The notes beneath the pieces are model-generated. The model was given only the letters and a program-made list of their open reading frames with translations. It was not told where the DNA came from and searched no databases. From a virus, in the IMG/VR virus record IMGVR_UViG_3300027801_000019, positions 3,617-67,616 of that record: a DNA stretch of 64,000 bases; one strand, given 5' to 3'. Positions within the stretch are counted from its first letter, which is position 1, and each line of letters opens with the position of its first letter. Positions 21,192 to 31,180 of this stretch are shown piece after piece. The position numbers and the translations under genes were made by a program.

Positions 21192-22220
21192 TTAAAAAGT
21201 TTTGTTGTATTCTTCAGAAGAATAGTAATTATTGTCGTGAACCCACCATATTTGGAGACATAATCTCAATCCGGTTGTTGGTTTAGTCAGGTTTTCAATG
21301 TGAACAAACTTGTTATCTCCCTGTTCAGCTGTTATGTTATACTTAGGCATACCATAATAGATACTTGTTCCATTGTTGTCTTTCAAATATATATCAACTT
21401 CAATTTGTTTAGTTTCACCACAACTCCAATCAGCATCCCATGACACCTGTAATGAAATAGTCTCGTTGGTTTCGTTAAACCAACTCTCGGTTACACTATA
21501 AAAGAATGCAGACCCGTTGCACTGTGGTTCAGGAGGATAGGAACAGGAGCCATCATCTTGTTCGGCCTCCGAGTCATAGTTTTCGGCATCTGGGTCAGTG
21601 CATCCCTCAATCGGTTCTGGCTCTGGTTCAGGCTCTGGTTGTGGCTCAGGCTCTGGTTCAGGCTGTGGTTCAGGTTCAGGTTCTGGCTCATCCCAATAGC
21701 ATGACCCATCCTCCCATGAAGCGTAGTCGTCGTAGTTATCGGCATCGGGATTCAAACAACCGCCGTATTCGTTGTTATAGTATTCATCAGGTGGTAAATC
21801 ATTAGTATTGAACATACCCATGTTTGACATACTACTTCCTGTCAAAAGTAAAAAAACAGGGATTATTATTATTGCTATTTTCTTAAGATTTACAACCTTT
21901 CTGCTAACAGAAGCAATTGCCCTATCAACAATGTCACCTTCAAGTGTTGTTTCAACAGTAACATTGGTTTTGTTATCGCCACCGTTAAGAACTGTGTTCT
22001 CTGAGACCTCGTTGTTGATTTGTTGAACGGTGGATATTAATTCAGCCGCTTCTTTTAATTGAGTAATTAAATCCTTTTCAAAATGATTGGATTCGTTGAG
22101 TATTCCATCGTCGCCTAAATCTTCTAAAACATCTGAGACGGTTCTGCCTGTTGCATCAGCAATGATTTTTGCTCGCTCGGCTAATTCATCAGACATACAT
22201 ATACCCTCATTGTTCTTCAT
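21192..22220 (-). CDS. Membrane-anchored protein with Pro-Glu linker and GCxDPxAxNY..DGSC repeats
   Basis: TM segment IAIIIIPVFLLL, two Cys repeats flanking (PE)n. Confidence 0.8.
   Translation of the reverse strand: MKNNEGICMSDELAERAKIIADATGRTVSDVLEDLGDDGILNESNHFEKDLITQLKEAAELISTVQQINNEVSENTVLNGGDNKTNVTVETTLEGDIVDRAIASVSRKVVNLKKIAIIIIPVFLLLTGSSMSNMGMFNTNDLPPDEYYNNEYGGCLNPDADNYDDYASWEDGSCYWDEPEPEPEPQPEPEPEPQPEPEPEPEPIEGCTDPDAENYDSEAEQDDGSCSYPPEPQCNGSAFFYSVTESWFNETNETISLQVSWDADWSCGETKQIEVDIYLKDNNGTSIYYGMPKYNITAEQGDNKFVHIENLTKPTTGLRLCLQIWWVHDNNYYSSEEYNKTF
21613..21689 (-). repeat. 6-bp degenerate tandem repeat encoding (PE/PQ)n
   Basis: ggttca/ggctct/ggttct units. Confidence 0.9.
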
Positions 22221-22572
22221 CGGTATTGGTTGTAAATCCTAATTCTTCCATTTTCATTTCATGGTCGTGTTGCTTCCCTTTACGCTCTAAATCGTGAGAT
22301 AATTGCATTTTAGATAATTCGGCGTTTAAGTCATATTGGGGAGTCATATTCTGAATGTCGGTGGTTGTCTCTTGCTTGTATAAATCAAGTATATTGGTTA
22401 TGATAAGTAGGGCTGGCCCTCCGACTATGCCTATCACCATGATTTGATTTTCAACAATCTCAACACCATTGACTACACTTTGCCAAATCGCCAATGAAGC
22501 GAATGATACCCATGCTAATACTATTGGCACAGATATGAACCAAAATAAGCGATTTGTTAATTGTTGTGTCAT
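22207..22572 (-). CDS. Two-TM membrane protein
   Basis: Two hydrophobic helices followed by a coiled tail. Confidence 0.7.
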   Translation of the reverse strand: MTQQLTNRLFWFISVPIVLAWVSFASLAIWQSVVNGVEIVENQIMVIGIVGGPALLIITNILDLYKQETTTDIQNMTPQYDLNAELSKMQLSHDLERKGKQHDHEMKMEELGFTTNTDEEQ

Positions 22573-24044
22573 TCATCTTCCTCCTTTTTAGGTTTAGTGT
22601 CATTCTCGACTTCTTTTTCTTTAGGCATTTTGCCCTTAGGTTGACTTTCAAGTTCTTCTTTGTCGTCGCCCCCATCATCTTTTTTAGGCTTTTTATCATC
22701 CTTAAGATTAATTATGTGTAGTGCTTGGTCTAAAGACAACAAACCACTATCCCATCCTTGTGTAGCCCTTCGCATTAGATTTACTGGGGTTTCTTCATCA
22801 AGTGGCTTAAATGTTAATTGTGGTATGTCAATTCTTTTATGTGGTATGCCTTTTAGACTCAAATGCTTTGAAAACATTTCATGCACTGATTGAGCTAATA
22901 TGTTTTGTAATCTTGATATTGCTGATACAGCCCAAACATTCGCATTGAAGGTAGCCGCAAAGGTTGAGCCTCTTTCTTGTCCAGAAGCCGTTCTCGGAAC
23001 ATGAAGAACTGCTGAAATATCTGCATTTACTGAATCAAGGAATGCTGAGGCATCAGGAATTGCATTTTTCAAGTCAACATGGTGTATCTCAACATAGTCT
23101 GGTAAGATAGGGATTTGGTCGCCATCAAGTGTCTCTAATAACTTAGCAACATCATTCATAATGCTCTTTAATCGTTCTTGTTGTTCTGCAGGGTCGGTAA
23201 TATGCTCGACTGCTTCCATACCAATAGTAACAAATTGTTTTGTAAGACTATCTTCTAATGCAACTCGGTTGTTAATACTATTATACTTTGCTCTAATAGG
23301 TTGTTTTAGGGATGAAAAACGGGATGCTCCCCAAATACCATAAGTCCAACGGCCTAATCTATCTCTAAACCAATTTGAGCGATAGTCAATTTTAATATGC
23401 CATATCTCATCGGTATCAAATACCTGTGTGGCTACTTTATTTTCTCGGAAAAGGTAATAGTGAGCATTCATAACGGGATTATCTTCGGTAATGTGTCCTG
23501 TATAACCGGATGACTCAATATCTCTTTTATCAACCCGCTTATCCATAATAGTAATCTGTTTTACTGGAAGAGATTGAACCTTAGTAATACCAACACCTGC
23601 CTTACCCACAAGTTTGTTAATATCATTCCCATAAACCATTAGGTTTCTTAAAGCGGATATTAGAATGTCATCAAAATCAACCTGTTCAACCAATTCTTTT
23701 ATTGCGTTACGAATGGATGCGTTTTTAGCCCCTTTGTAATCTATTAGGTAGTTATTAGCAGTTAATGAAACGGAACGCACAGCACCGTTTAATTCGGGGT
23801 CTAATTTAACCATGCTATCATATAGGTCAAAGGTTTGGTCGTATTGGTCGTATGTTGAACGGGCTCGTGCGGAGCGGTTCATGTCATCAGTGGATTGTAA
23901 CACATCGGACAAACCAGCAAATACTTCTGATGGCATAGCCTTTCTGTTGCCCACTGACATAGGCATTTCTTCTGCAATAATCGTCTTTTTGCCGAAGATT
24001 TTGGATAGCCTACCCTGTTTCGCCATGATGTTCAAATAAGCCAT
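22569..24044 (-). CDS. Portal protein
   Basis: 491 aa, first gene of head operon; DPELNGAVR, LMVYGN, EIWHIK, ISAVLHVPR motifs. Confidence 0.88.
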   Translation of the reverse strand: MAYLNIMAKQGRLSKIFGKKTIIAEEMPMSVGNRKAMPSEVFAGLSDVLQSTDDMNRSARARSTYDQYDQTFDLYDSMVKLDPELNGAVRSVSLTANNYLIDYKGAKNASIRNAIKELVEQVDFDDILISALRNLMVYGNDINKLVGKAGVGITKVQSLPVKQITIMDKRVDKRDIESSGYTGHITEDNPVMNAHYYLFRENKVATQVFDTDEIWHIKIDYRSNWFRDRLGRWTYGIWGASRFSSLKQPIRAKYNSINNRVALEDSLTKQFVTIGMEAVEHITDPAEQQERLKSIMNDVAKLLETLDGDQIPILPDYVEIHHVDLKNAIPDASAFLDSVNADISAVLHVPRTASGQERGSTFAATFNANVWAVSAISRLQNILAQSVHEMFSKHLSLKGIPHKRIDIPQLTFKPLDEETPVNLMRRATQGWDSGLLSLDQALHIINLKDDKKPKKDDGGDDKEELESQPKGKMPKEKEVENDTKPKKEEDE

Positions 24045-24065
24045 AGTGTATTTGAATCAACCGCC

Positions 24066-24283
24066 CATCTATTCTTTTGCTTATGCCCAAATGATTAAAA
24101 CGCATCACTGAGTGGCATATACCTATTTTTTATTATTTCTTCTTAAGACAGTGGAATCTATTCTTAATAGTAGTAGGGATTGTTCGGTAATTTTTTTTCG
24201 TTATAAGGATTAATAATTAATAATTAAAACCGTTGCACAGCACCACATTATTTTTTTATACAAAATCCAAAAACAATAAAGTT
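24066..24283 (-). repeat. AT-rich noncoding element, copy 1 (inverted relative to 46860-47098)
   Basis: Reverse complement of 24202-24261 matches 46890-46949 at 47/60 ungapped by hand; a second block is also similar. Confidence 0.75.
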
Positions 24284-24326
24284 ATACACAGAAAGAGTTA
24301 TTACTGGCCGTCTTTTCAGACCAAAT

Positions 24327-25763
24327 ATGGCGGGTTCAAAACCATCAATCCAAAGCGGTTACGATAAAATAGAGTCTTTATTAGAATTATATCCATTAGA
24401 TGTGCGGGGCAATAAAACTAAAATTGCCGCCGCATTAACTTTGGTTCACCCAGAAAGAAATCATAAAGGGTGGGAGGCACTTGTTTTCCGCTATATCAAA
24501 GCACAAAAAGAAACTTCAAACACCATACAATACGACAAATCCCCTTATTATTATAATGAAGAAGCAGATACATATATAACTTTTATTCGTGCTGCAGGTG
24601 AAAATATGGTTATTAATGGTGATATGCACCGAGCCATGAAGTCTGCATACTCTAATATGGCAAGCAAGGGTGCTACTATTAATGAAATAGCACGAGAGTT
24701 TAACTTTCCTCGTGCTTATTTTGATGAATACCGTAGAGTTCATTGTTGGACTCATGATATGTTACCATATACAGACGAAGAAGTTATGGGTGAGAACAAT
24801 GATGAGTTGGTTGCCGACCTAATTCTTCGCAATCGTCGTGAGATTCACAAACAATACGAGAAGAAAAAGTGGAAGGAGATAGAACAGGCCGCTGAGAAAT
24901 GGTTTAATTTTGAAGATACTTACAAAGGGATGATTGGTGACTTGCAAAAAGCACCTAAGAAAGTGCCTAAAGCAAAACTTGCCGATGCTAAAGAGCCGTT
25001 TTGTGTTGTTATGTCTCCCACTGATTTTCATTGGGGTAAGCATGGTTGGGTTGATGAAGTCGGTGAAACCTATAACTTTGAAGAGGCTCGTTCCCGTTTG
25101 CTTGAAAGAACAAATGAAATTATTTCATGGTTGCCAGCTCGCCCTGATAAAATAATACTTGCTACTGGTTCAGATTGGTTTCATGTTGATAATGACTTAG
25201 GAATGACTACTCGGGGAACGCCACAAGATATGTGCGGAAGCCCAGCACAAATATTGATTACAGGTTGCCAATTGGCTCGTGAGCATATTGATATACTAAG
25301 GCAAGTTGCACCTGTTGAAGTGGCATTTATGGCTGGAAACCATGACCGGCATAGTGCAATTGCTTTAATGTTATACTTATCGGCGGCATATGAAGATGTT
25401 GACGATGTTGAAGTTCAATTAAATCCAAAAACAAGACATTACACCCAATATGGGGCAACATTGATTGGGTTTAATCATGGTGATTCAGTTAAAAAGGAGA
25501 AACTTCCTACATTAATGTCAAAAGAGCAACGAGTTCTTTGGGGTAAAACTGAATCCCACATTTGGTTCACAGGACATTTGCACCACCAAGTATTATATGA
25601 GATGGATGGAGGATTAGTTATTCAACTCCCCTCTTTGGCTGGCCATGACCGTTACCACTACCGAGCAGGTTACACAACAGCAAAGGCTGGTCTTGCAGCA
25701 CACATAATTGATAAAGAACTTGGGTTAATTGGTAGTATATTTAGTCCGGTGAGGCATACATGA
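24327..25763 (+). CDS. Calcineurin-like metallophosphoesterase with N-terminal HTH-like region
   Basis: DFH, GSD, GNHD, HGD and GHLH motifs. Confidence 0.88.
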   Translation: MAGSKPSIQSGYDKIESLLELYPLDVRGNKTKIAAALTLVHPERNHKGWEALVFRYIKAQKETSNTIQYDKSPYYYNEEADTYITFIRAAGENMVINGDMHRAMKSAYSNMASKGATINEIAREFNFPRAYFDEYRRVHCWTHDMLPYTDEEVMGENNDELVADLILRNRREIHKQYEKKKWKEIEQAAEKWFNFEDTYKGMIGDLQKAPKKVPKAKLADAKEPFCVVMSPTDFHWGKHGWVDEVGETYNFEEARSRLLERTNEIISWLPARPDKIILATGSDWFHVDNDLGMTTRGTPQDMCGSPAQILITGCQLAREHIDILRQVAPVEVAFMAGNHDRHSAIALMLYLSAAYEDVDDVEVQLNPKTRHYTQYGATLIGFNHGDSVKKEKLPTLMSKEQRVLWGKTESHIWFTGHLHHQVLYEMDGGLVIQLPSLAGHDRYHYRAGYTTAKAGLAAHIIDKELGLIGSIFSPVRHT

Positions 25764-25927
25764 CAATAGGGGCTGGTATTGTTTGGTCTGTTGAAAGAAA
25801 GTGTCGGGAGTGCGGCTTTACAGCTGTATGCCGATATACTTCTCATAGAAAATGGTGTAAAAAATTAAGTAAAAGAGTATATTGTGGCACTATGAGGGTA
25901 GTGCGTTATCCGGAGGAAGAAGAATGA
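25760..25927 (+). CDS. 55-aa Cys-rich protein
   Basis: Hand-translated MTIGAGIVWSVERKCRECG..YCGTMRVVRYPEEEE; ATGA overlaps on both sides. Confidence 0.65.
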   Translation: MTIGAGIVWSVERKCRECGFTAVCRYTSHRKWCKKLSKRVYCGTMRVVRYPEEEE

Positions 25928-27396
25928 AAATAGGAGAAACTTTATCGTTAAAGAGAAGTAAGAAAGACCCCAAGTATTTTTATCAATGGCTTGGTTATTC
26001 ATGGGGTGAGCACATTGAAGATTGGATGAAACTTTACGGTGAAAGAGGAGATTCTATTGTTCATAGGGTTTGTATTATCGCACCACGAGACCACTCAAAA
26101 TCCACCACACTAAGGGTAGCAGTGCTTTGGTCTTGTCTATTTGAAAAGTGGCGCAACAAACCATTTACCACTTGGTTGTTTTCTGCAAGTAAAGACCTTG
26201 CTATGCGCCGATTAGAAGAAATTAGGGAGGATATGAAAAGGCATCCACAACTTCGTAGTTTAATTGACCCAAGAAGGGGTAATAAACACGCAATTCATTT
26301 TACAAACGGTTCTTGGATTAGAGCAACCGGTGTAGGGGCGGCTATTCGAGGTGAGCACCCAGCCCGTATTGTTTTTGACGATGTATTGGATGATATAGGC
26401 GACCAATCCCCAAATAACCTTAGACATTGGTTTAGGAAGAAAATCACCCCTATGTTATCCCCACAAACTTCAATTTTCGTAGTGGGAACACCTATGGCTA
26501 TGACTGACCTTTACCATACGGAGATGCTATCAAATGATGTTTGGAAAAGCACCATTACATCTGCAATCCCTAATTGGGAGGAACATAAGGCGGATAATAC
26601 AGTTAAGCCTATTGCACTTTGGGAGGCGGAAAGACCTATTGCCTTCCTAATGGAACAACGAGCCGCTATCGGTGAATTGGCATTTACCCAAGAATATTTA
26701 TGTAAGGTTGTTGATGATGAAGCTCAAGCATTCCGTAGGGAACACACTCGAGCGCATATGGACACTAATGATGTAATCCACTGGGATAACAAAGAGGAAG
26801 GTAAATATATGATAGGCTTTGACCCATCTCAAGGATTGGGGCAAGATTATACCGTTATGGTTGTCTTGCGCCAAGATGCACAAGGGTTTGTTCACTTTGT
26901 TAATATGTGGCGTAGGAATGACTTCGCACCGGATAAACAAGCCGAGATGTTAGGCGAGTGGTCTAAAAAATATAAAAGCCCTATCGCTGCAGAAGATGTT
27001 GGATTTCAAAGACTCTATGAATCCCTATTAGTGCAAAAGGGAATAACGGTTGATTATCGCCAAAGCAAGGTTTCAAATCGTGCATTAAAGCAGGCATTGA
27101 TGAATCGTCTTCGAGTTTGGTTCGAGCAAAAGAAAGTAATATTCCCCTATGGCGACGATGCAACTCGTAGGGTTGTAAATGTCATATTAGAAGAATTAGA
27201 CCACCATGTATGGAAGGAAGGGCTTATTACTGATGTGGGCAAGCATAATGATACGGTTATGGCATTTGCTCACGCAATAGACCAAATGACACATATTGAT
27301 TCTGGGAGATTGCCTATGGCTACAAGAAAAGTCTCAGGAACTTCATGGGGCGGCAATTCATCGGGTTCGGGAAGATTTGTTATTTTCGGCGATTAA
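25924..27396 (+). CDS. terL: Terminase large subunit
   Basis: Walker A APRDHSKST, Walker B IVFDD, VVGTP, nuclease IGFDP and HNDTVMA; start moved to MKIGETL. Confidence 0.93.
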   Translation: MKIGETLSLKRSKKDPKYFYQWLGYSWGEHIEDWMKLYGERGDSIVHRVCIIAPRDHSKSTTLRVAVLWSCLFEKWRNKPFTTWLFSASKDLAMRRLEEIREDMKRHPQLRSLIDPRRGNKHAIHFTNGSWIRATGVGAAIRGEHPARIVFDDVLDDIGDQSPNNLRHWFRKKITPMLSPQTSIFVVGTPMAMTDLYHTEMLSNDVWKSTITSAIPNWEEHKADNTVKPIALWEAERPIAFLMEQRAAIGELAFTQEYLCKVVDDEAQAFRREHTRAHMDTNDVIHWDNKEEGKYMIGFDPSQGLGQDYTVMVVLRQDAQGFVHFVNMWRRNDFAPDKQAEMLGEWSKKYKSPIAAEDVGFQRLYESLLVQKGITVDYRQSKVSNRALKQALMNRLRVWFEQKKVIFPYGDDATRRVVNVILEELDHHVWKEGLITDVGKHNDTVMAFAHAIDQMTHIDSGRLPMATRKVSGTSWGGNSSGSGRFVIFGD

Positions 27397-27741
27397 TATC
27401 TCAATATCCAAAGAGTCACACTCCGGACATTGAAACTCGTAATAAAGCGAGGAACTCTCTAATTCAAATACAGCCCCCGTTATTACCCACCTCTCTCCAT
27501 TATAATTGCATATTGAGCATTTCAACATGGCTAATGATAGACCATGAGCTTATTTAGAATATGTTACTTTTTGAAAAAATTAAAAAAAATTGAGCGAGGT
27601 GGTGGGCGTTCGAGATGGGCGTTATATTGGAGTTTTTGGTGCATCCTTTATAGGTGGGCATCACCACCATTCGCTATGGGCGAACCAAATTGGACACATA
27701 CTATGTGTGATGCGATTCGGATTTGTTCTATGGGTGATACC

Positions 27742-28272
27742 ATGATTGAAATGATATTGGTAATTATCGCACTTTTGAAAAGTGTCATAGTTACAAAAAC
27801 AATAGGAATAGTAGGTATAGCGGCAATTGTTGCTATGAATACGGTAAAAGGGAAAGAACCAATTAGAACGGACAAAGCATGGTATAAAATGCGTGTTTTG
27901 GACTATCTAAACGGTATAATGAACATCATGGATAATATCCATGCTAACGGGTGGACAAAGTATCAAACTATGACCATTGGCGTTCAATATGCAAAGGTTG
28001 AATTGGTATTGGTTAGGGCTATGTTGAAAGCCTATTTGGCTATGGCAAAGGTTCAAAATTGGACTTTAGCGGTTGATGTGTGCCCTAATACGGCATCATC
28101 ACCGGTGGCCAAACTAAACGCTATGATAGCAACATTGATTGATATGTCAATGACCGATGATGAAAAGAATGCTATGCTAATTAGTCAATTAGAAAAGCAA
28201 ATGGCAAAGGATGCAAAAGCATTGAAAGCATTGTTGGCAAAGGGCAAAGGTGGTGCGGGCAAAAAGGAATGA
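27742..28272 (+). CDS. Helical protein, 'KMRxxDY' paralog 1, with N-terminal hydrophobic segment
   Basis: TTTATA at 27647, GGTGA RBS before ATG 27742; start uncertain (27676 or 27835 possible). Confidence 0.65.
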   Translation: MIEMILVIIALLKSVIVTKTIGIVGIAAIVAMNTVKGKEPIRTDKAWYKMRVLDYLNGIMNIMDNIHANGWTKYQTMTIGVQYAKVELVLVRAMLKAYLAMAKVQNWTLAVDVCPNTASSPVAKLNAMIATLIDMSMTDDEKNAMLISQLEKQMAKDAKALKALLAKGKGGAGKKE

Positions 28273-28281
28273 TAGGTGACT

Positions 28282-28380
28282 ATCATACGGTGCAAATCCG
28301 TTAGAATGTGGTTAGGGTCGCACACCACCGCCAAAGTGCGACCACCTACGGGAAAGGGTAGGGCAAACGGAATGGTTTGC
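28282..28380 (+). ncRNA. Candidate structured RNA type A, copy 1
   Basis: ACGG-TGCAAAT-CCGT, GGTCGCAC/GTGCGACC, CCTAC/GTAGG and GCAAAC/GTTTGC hairpins. Confidence 0.45.
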
Positions 28381-28393
28381 ACACCCCCCGAAT

Positions 28394-28828
28394 ATGGATA
28401 ACCAAACCCAAACCAAACCCAAACCGACCACCACCATGAAAGCACTTTTCATGTTTGATGCACACTTTAGCATCAATAATGAAATGTTGGCAACCTATGA
28501 TATTGGCAACATACCATCACTAACCTTTGGATATACCAATGGTGATGATATAGAACCGGCGCAAATACACCGTATGGTTGCGTCTATTGGCCACCGATTA
28601 GCAAAGACGCAACAACCTACCACCGATGAAAACGGGGATGAATGCGACCAATGTATGACCCATCACATTGACGGGGAATTATGCAATCAATCATCATGCG
28701 ACCATGATTATGATATTTTAGAATCCATTGATGGATGGGTTTCATGTCAATGGTGTGGATTTGAAAGGGGATTGGATGCCGATGATTTTCATGTTGAATA
28801 TGACCCAACCGACAAAGACGAATATTGA
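28394..28828 (+). CDS. Acidic protein with Cys/His clusters
   Basis: CDQC, CDHDY, CQWCG; start may be 28436. Confidence 0.6.
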   Translation: MDNQTQTKPKPTTTMKALFMFDAHFSINNEMLATYDIGNIPSLTFGYTNGDDIEPAQIHRMVASIGHRLAKTQQPTTDENGDECDQCMTHHIDGELCNQSSCDHDYDILESIDGWVSCQWCGFERGLDADDFHVEYDPTDKDEY

Positions 28829-29118
28829 AAGGATTGATTGAAATGATACTACCTAACAAAACAAATGAAAGGCCGACCAAAGGGGGTGATATGATGGCTA
28901 TAACACAAATAAACATGGCGTGTTCACAATGTATTGACAAAGCGTTTAATTTAGGAAAAACCACAATGGTAAAAGATTTCTTGGATATTAACAATTGTAA
29001 TTTCATTGTTGGGCGACCAACCCACATGATAATAGATTATCCAACAATCTATCTATGTGACGAATGTTTAGTGGAATATAAAAGAACAATGGCTTTTTTC
29101 AAAGCGTATGTTGTTTGA
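28825..29118 (+). CDS. Zn-finger-like small protein
   Basis: CSQC..CDEC; likely start about 28891 after GGTGA. Confidence 0.6.
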   Translation: MKGLIEMILPNKTNERPTKGGDMMAITQINMACSQCIDKAFNLGKTTMVKDFLDINNCNFIVGRPTHMIIDYPTIYLCDECLVEYKRTMAFFKAYVV

Positions 29119-29140
29119 ATAAACACTACTAATTCAATAA

Positions 29141-29237
29141 TTCAAATATAGACATCAATGCGTTGATGTTAGGGTGTTACGCCACCCTTTCGCCCCTATC
29201 GGTTGTGCGCAATCGGTGGGGGCTACCCTTTTTTTTT
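29141..29237 (+). terminator. Three-hairpin 3' element with poly-T (RNA type B, copy 1)
   Basis: Hairpins at 29152-29169, 29171-29188 and 29192-29223, then T9. Confidence 0.65.
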
Positions 29238-29704
29238 GCTTTTTGCTTTTCTTTTTTTTGATGTAGTAAAACAATCATTACTATATCGGATGGGGTAAAG
29301 GATAATCCCTCGAAAAATATAACGAAAAACTGTGCAGTAAATCGTGCAGTATTTTCATTTCAACTTATGTTGGGATTGGTTCTGCCTTACGAAAAAAACA
29401 TTTGGAGAATGCTGCAGTCTCACAATAACCTGCAGTCTTATCAGTAACACCGCCCTGCTCTCTCTTCTTTGGCATAGGGTAAGGCTTTCCCTTATTATTA
29501 AAAAAAGTCGGATTTTGTCACCCAGAAGTTCCAGGTATATAAAGGCTGGCCTCCACCATCCTCGCTTGGTAGTGCCGATTTGGGTCGCCGAAAAGTCCAG
29601 GTATATATACCCTTTCTCCGGTTGTTCAGAAAAGTATCACGAACATACTATATACTATGGGCGTATATTTATATTTAGGGGCAAAGACCCCACCGGTGAT
29701 AAAT

Positions 29705-30043
29705 ATGTCCGATGAAAAAGTAGCCAAAAAAACGATGAATGAAACCCTACGAATGCGTATTCGGGATGTAAATAATTTAGTTACAAACCTAATGCAATTT
29801 GTGGACACGCTAATGACCAAAAACGAATGGGTCGCCGTATTAGGCCTATTAGTAGCAAACAAAGCCCTATATGATGCCGTAGCACACCGATTTGGTGCAA
29901 AAGTGGATATAGCGCAAAAGATTGACGAATTAATTGAATCCGTCACATTGCTAACCATGTCAAAAGCCGCTATCAAAGCAAAGGCAAAGGCCGAATTGAA
30001 CGAACAAATCAAAGCACTAAAGGATGCACTAAAGGAACTATGA
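29705..30043 (+). CDS. Helical protein, paralog 2
   Basis: LRMRIRDV motif; TATA at about 29668, GGTGA RBS. Confidence 0.75.
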   Translation: MSDEKVAKKTMNETLRMRIRDVNNLVTNLMQFVDTLMTKNEWVAVLGLLVANKALYDAVAHRFGAKVDIAQKIDELIESVTLLTMSKAAIKAKAKAELNEQIKALKDALKEL

Positions 30044-30052
30044 TTTAGGATA

Positions 30053-30162
30053 ATCATTCGGTGCAAATCCGGCAACGACCCGATGGGGTGGCGGGCGAAT
30101 AATGTCCACCCCAACCGTAGGCCGGTGGCCGTCATAGGGAAATGGCGGTCATCGGTTTTTTT
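30053..30162 (+). ncRNA. Candidate structured RNA type A, copy 2, ending in terminator-like hairpin
   Basis: ATCATTCGGTGCAAATCCG (18/19 to copy 1), GGGGTGG/CCACCCC stem, long GU-containing hairpin and T-run. Confidence 0.45.
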
Positions 30163-30352
30163 ATTTGTCATATTTAACATAGGCTTTTTTAAGCCAACGA
30201 TACCTGACCTCCCTCGAAAAAAATAAACTGCTTATCGTGCAGTATCTCGGCATACCTTAAAACCAGTTTTGTTAAAAAAGTAACTTCATGGCACACCCCC
30301 TAAGTTTGTATTCGCATTCACATTCATTCTAATCACCTAACTTTATTCAATA

Positions 30353-30589
30353 TTATGAGATTGCTACACCGTTTTCATCAAAGTCATAGGCGCACAAGTC
30401 GTCACATACCCAACAATACAATTCGTATGCGTTAAGTCGTTCTAATTCGGACAAGTCTATTACCATATAATCCATGTTTCCATCCCACGAGAACGCCGTC
30501 ATCATTGACACCGTATCTTTTCCGCAAGTTTTACATAACCATATAAACTTATATTCTATTTCTTTCAATCCCAAGTTTTTATTTTCCAT
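30353..30589 (-). CDS. Zn-finger-like small protein (cassette gene)
   Basis: CKTC..CWVC; own TATA element. Confidence 0.7.
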   Translation of the reverse strand: MENKNLGLKEIEYKFIWLCKTCGKDTVSMMTAFSWDGNMDYMVIDLSELERLNAYELYCWVCDDLCAYDFDENGVAIS

Positions 30590-30862
30590 TTTTAATCATT
30601 CCTACCCCGTCGGGGCTACATACCCATACACGCCACACCCTATAATGGTAGCGATTCGGCAAGTTTTACGAGATAGCAACCTATTTATCTTAGAGCCGCC
30701 CCCGAGTTAGGGGTGGGGATTAGTCTCGAAAAAAACAAAATGTCTTCTGTGCAGTTTATAAGTTCGGTGACTTACGGGGAGTTTTGAATAAAAAAGGAGG
30801 TGGTATGGTTGTGAATACATTTATAGTATTATTTAAGTTCATACAATCACCTAAGTTTTTAT

Positions 30863-31180
30863 TTAACGGGGTAAAGGATAATCATAAAGAGTTGCACCAA
30901 CAATTGCGTCATATGCGTAGCACAAATTGTTATTGACAATCCAAAACTCAGACACCAAATCAATCATAATAAAATGGTCGTCGGGTTGGTTTGGTATATC
31001 AAACTCAGGCACTATCCAATAACCCATCGGTATGCACATACCATCAAAGTTTGTTCCTAAGTTCATCATCATGCAAAACTCATCATCATATCCACGAATT
31101 GCCATAGCAATTTGACCGTAGGGCATGATAATTAAGCCGCTTTTTTCATCGTTGTTTTCGTATATTTCTAAGTTTTTCAT
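30863..31180 (-). CDS. Acidic hypothetical protein (cassette gene)
   Basis: 105 aa; upstream region nearly duplicates that of 30353-30589. Confidence 0.7.
   Translation of the reverse strand: MKNLEIYENNDEKSGLIIMPYGQIAMAIRGYDDEFCMMMNLGTNFDGMCIPMGYWIVPEFDIPNQPDDHFIMIDLVSEFWIVNNNLCYAYDAIVGATLYDYPLPR

Noticed and set aside
28273-28380. tRNA gene
   Set aside because: T-loop-like hairpin only; I could not build an acceptor stem, D-arm or anticodon arm
28401-28435. CCAAA/CCAAAC microsatellite-like run
   Set aside because: Short and irregular; more likely an unstructured leader than a functional repeat
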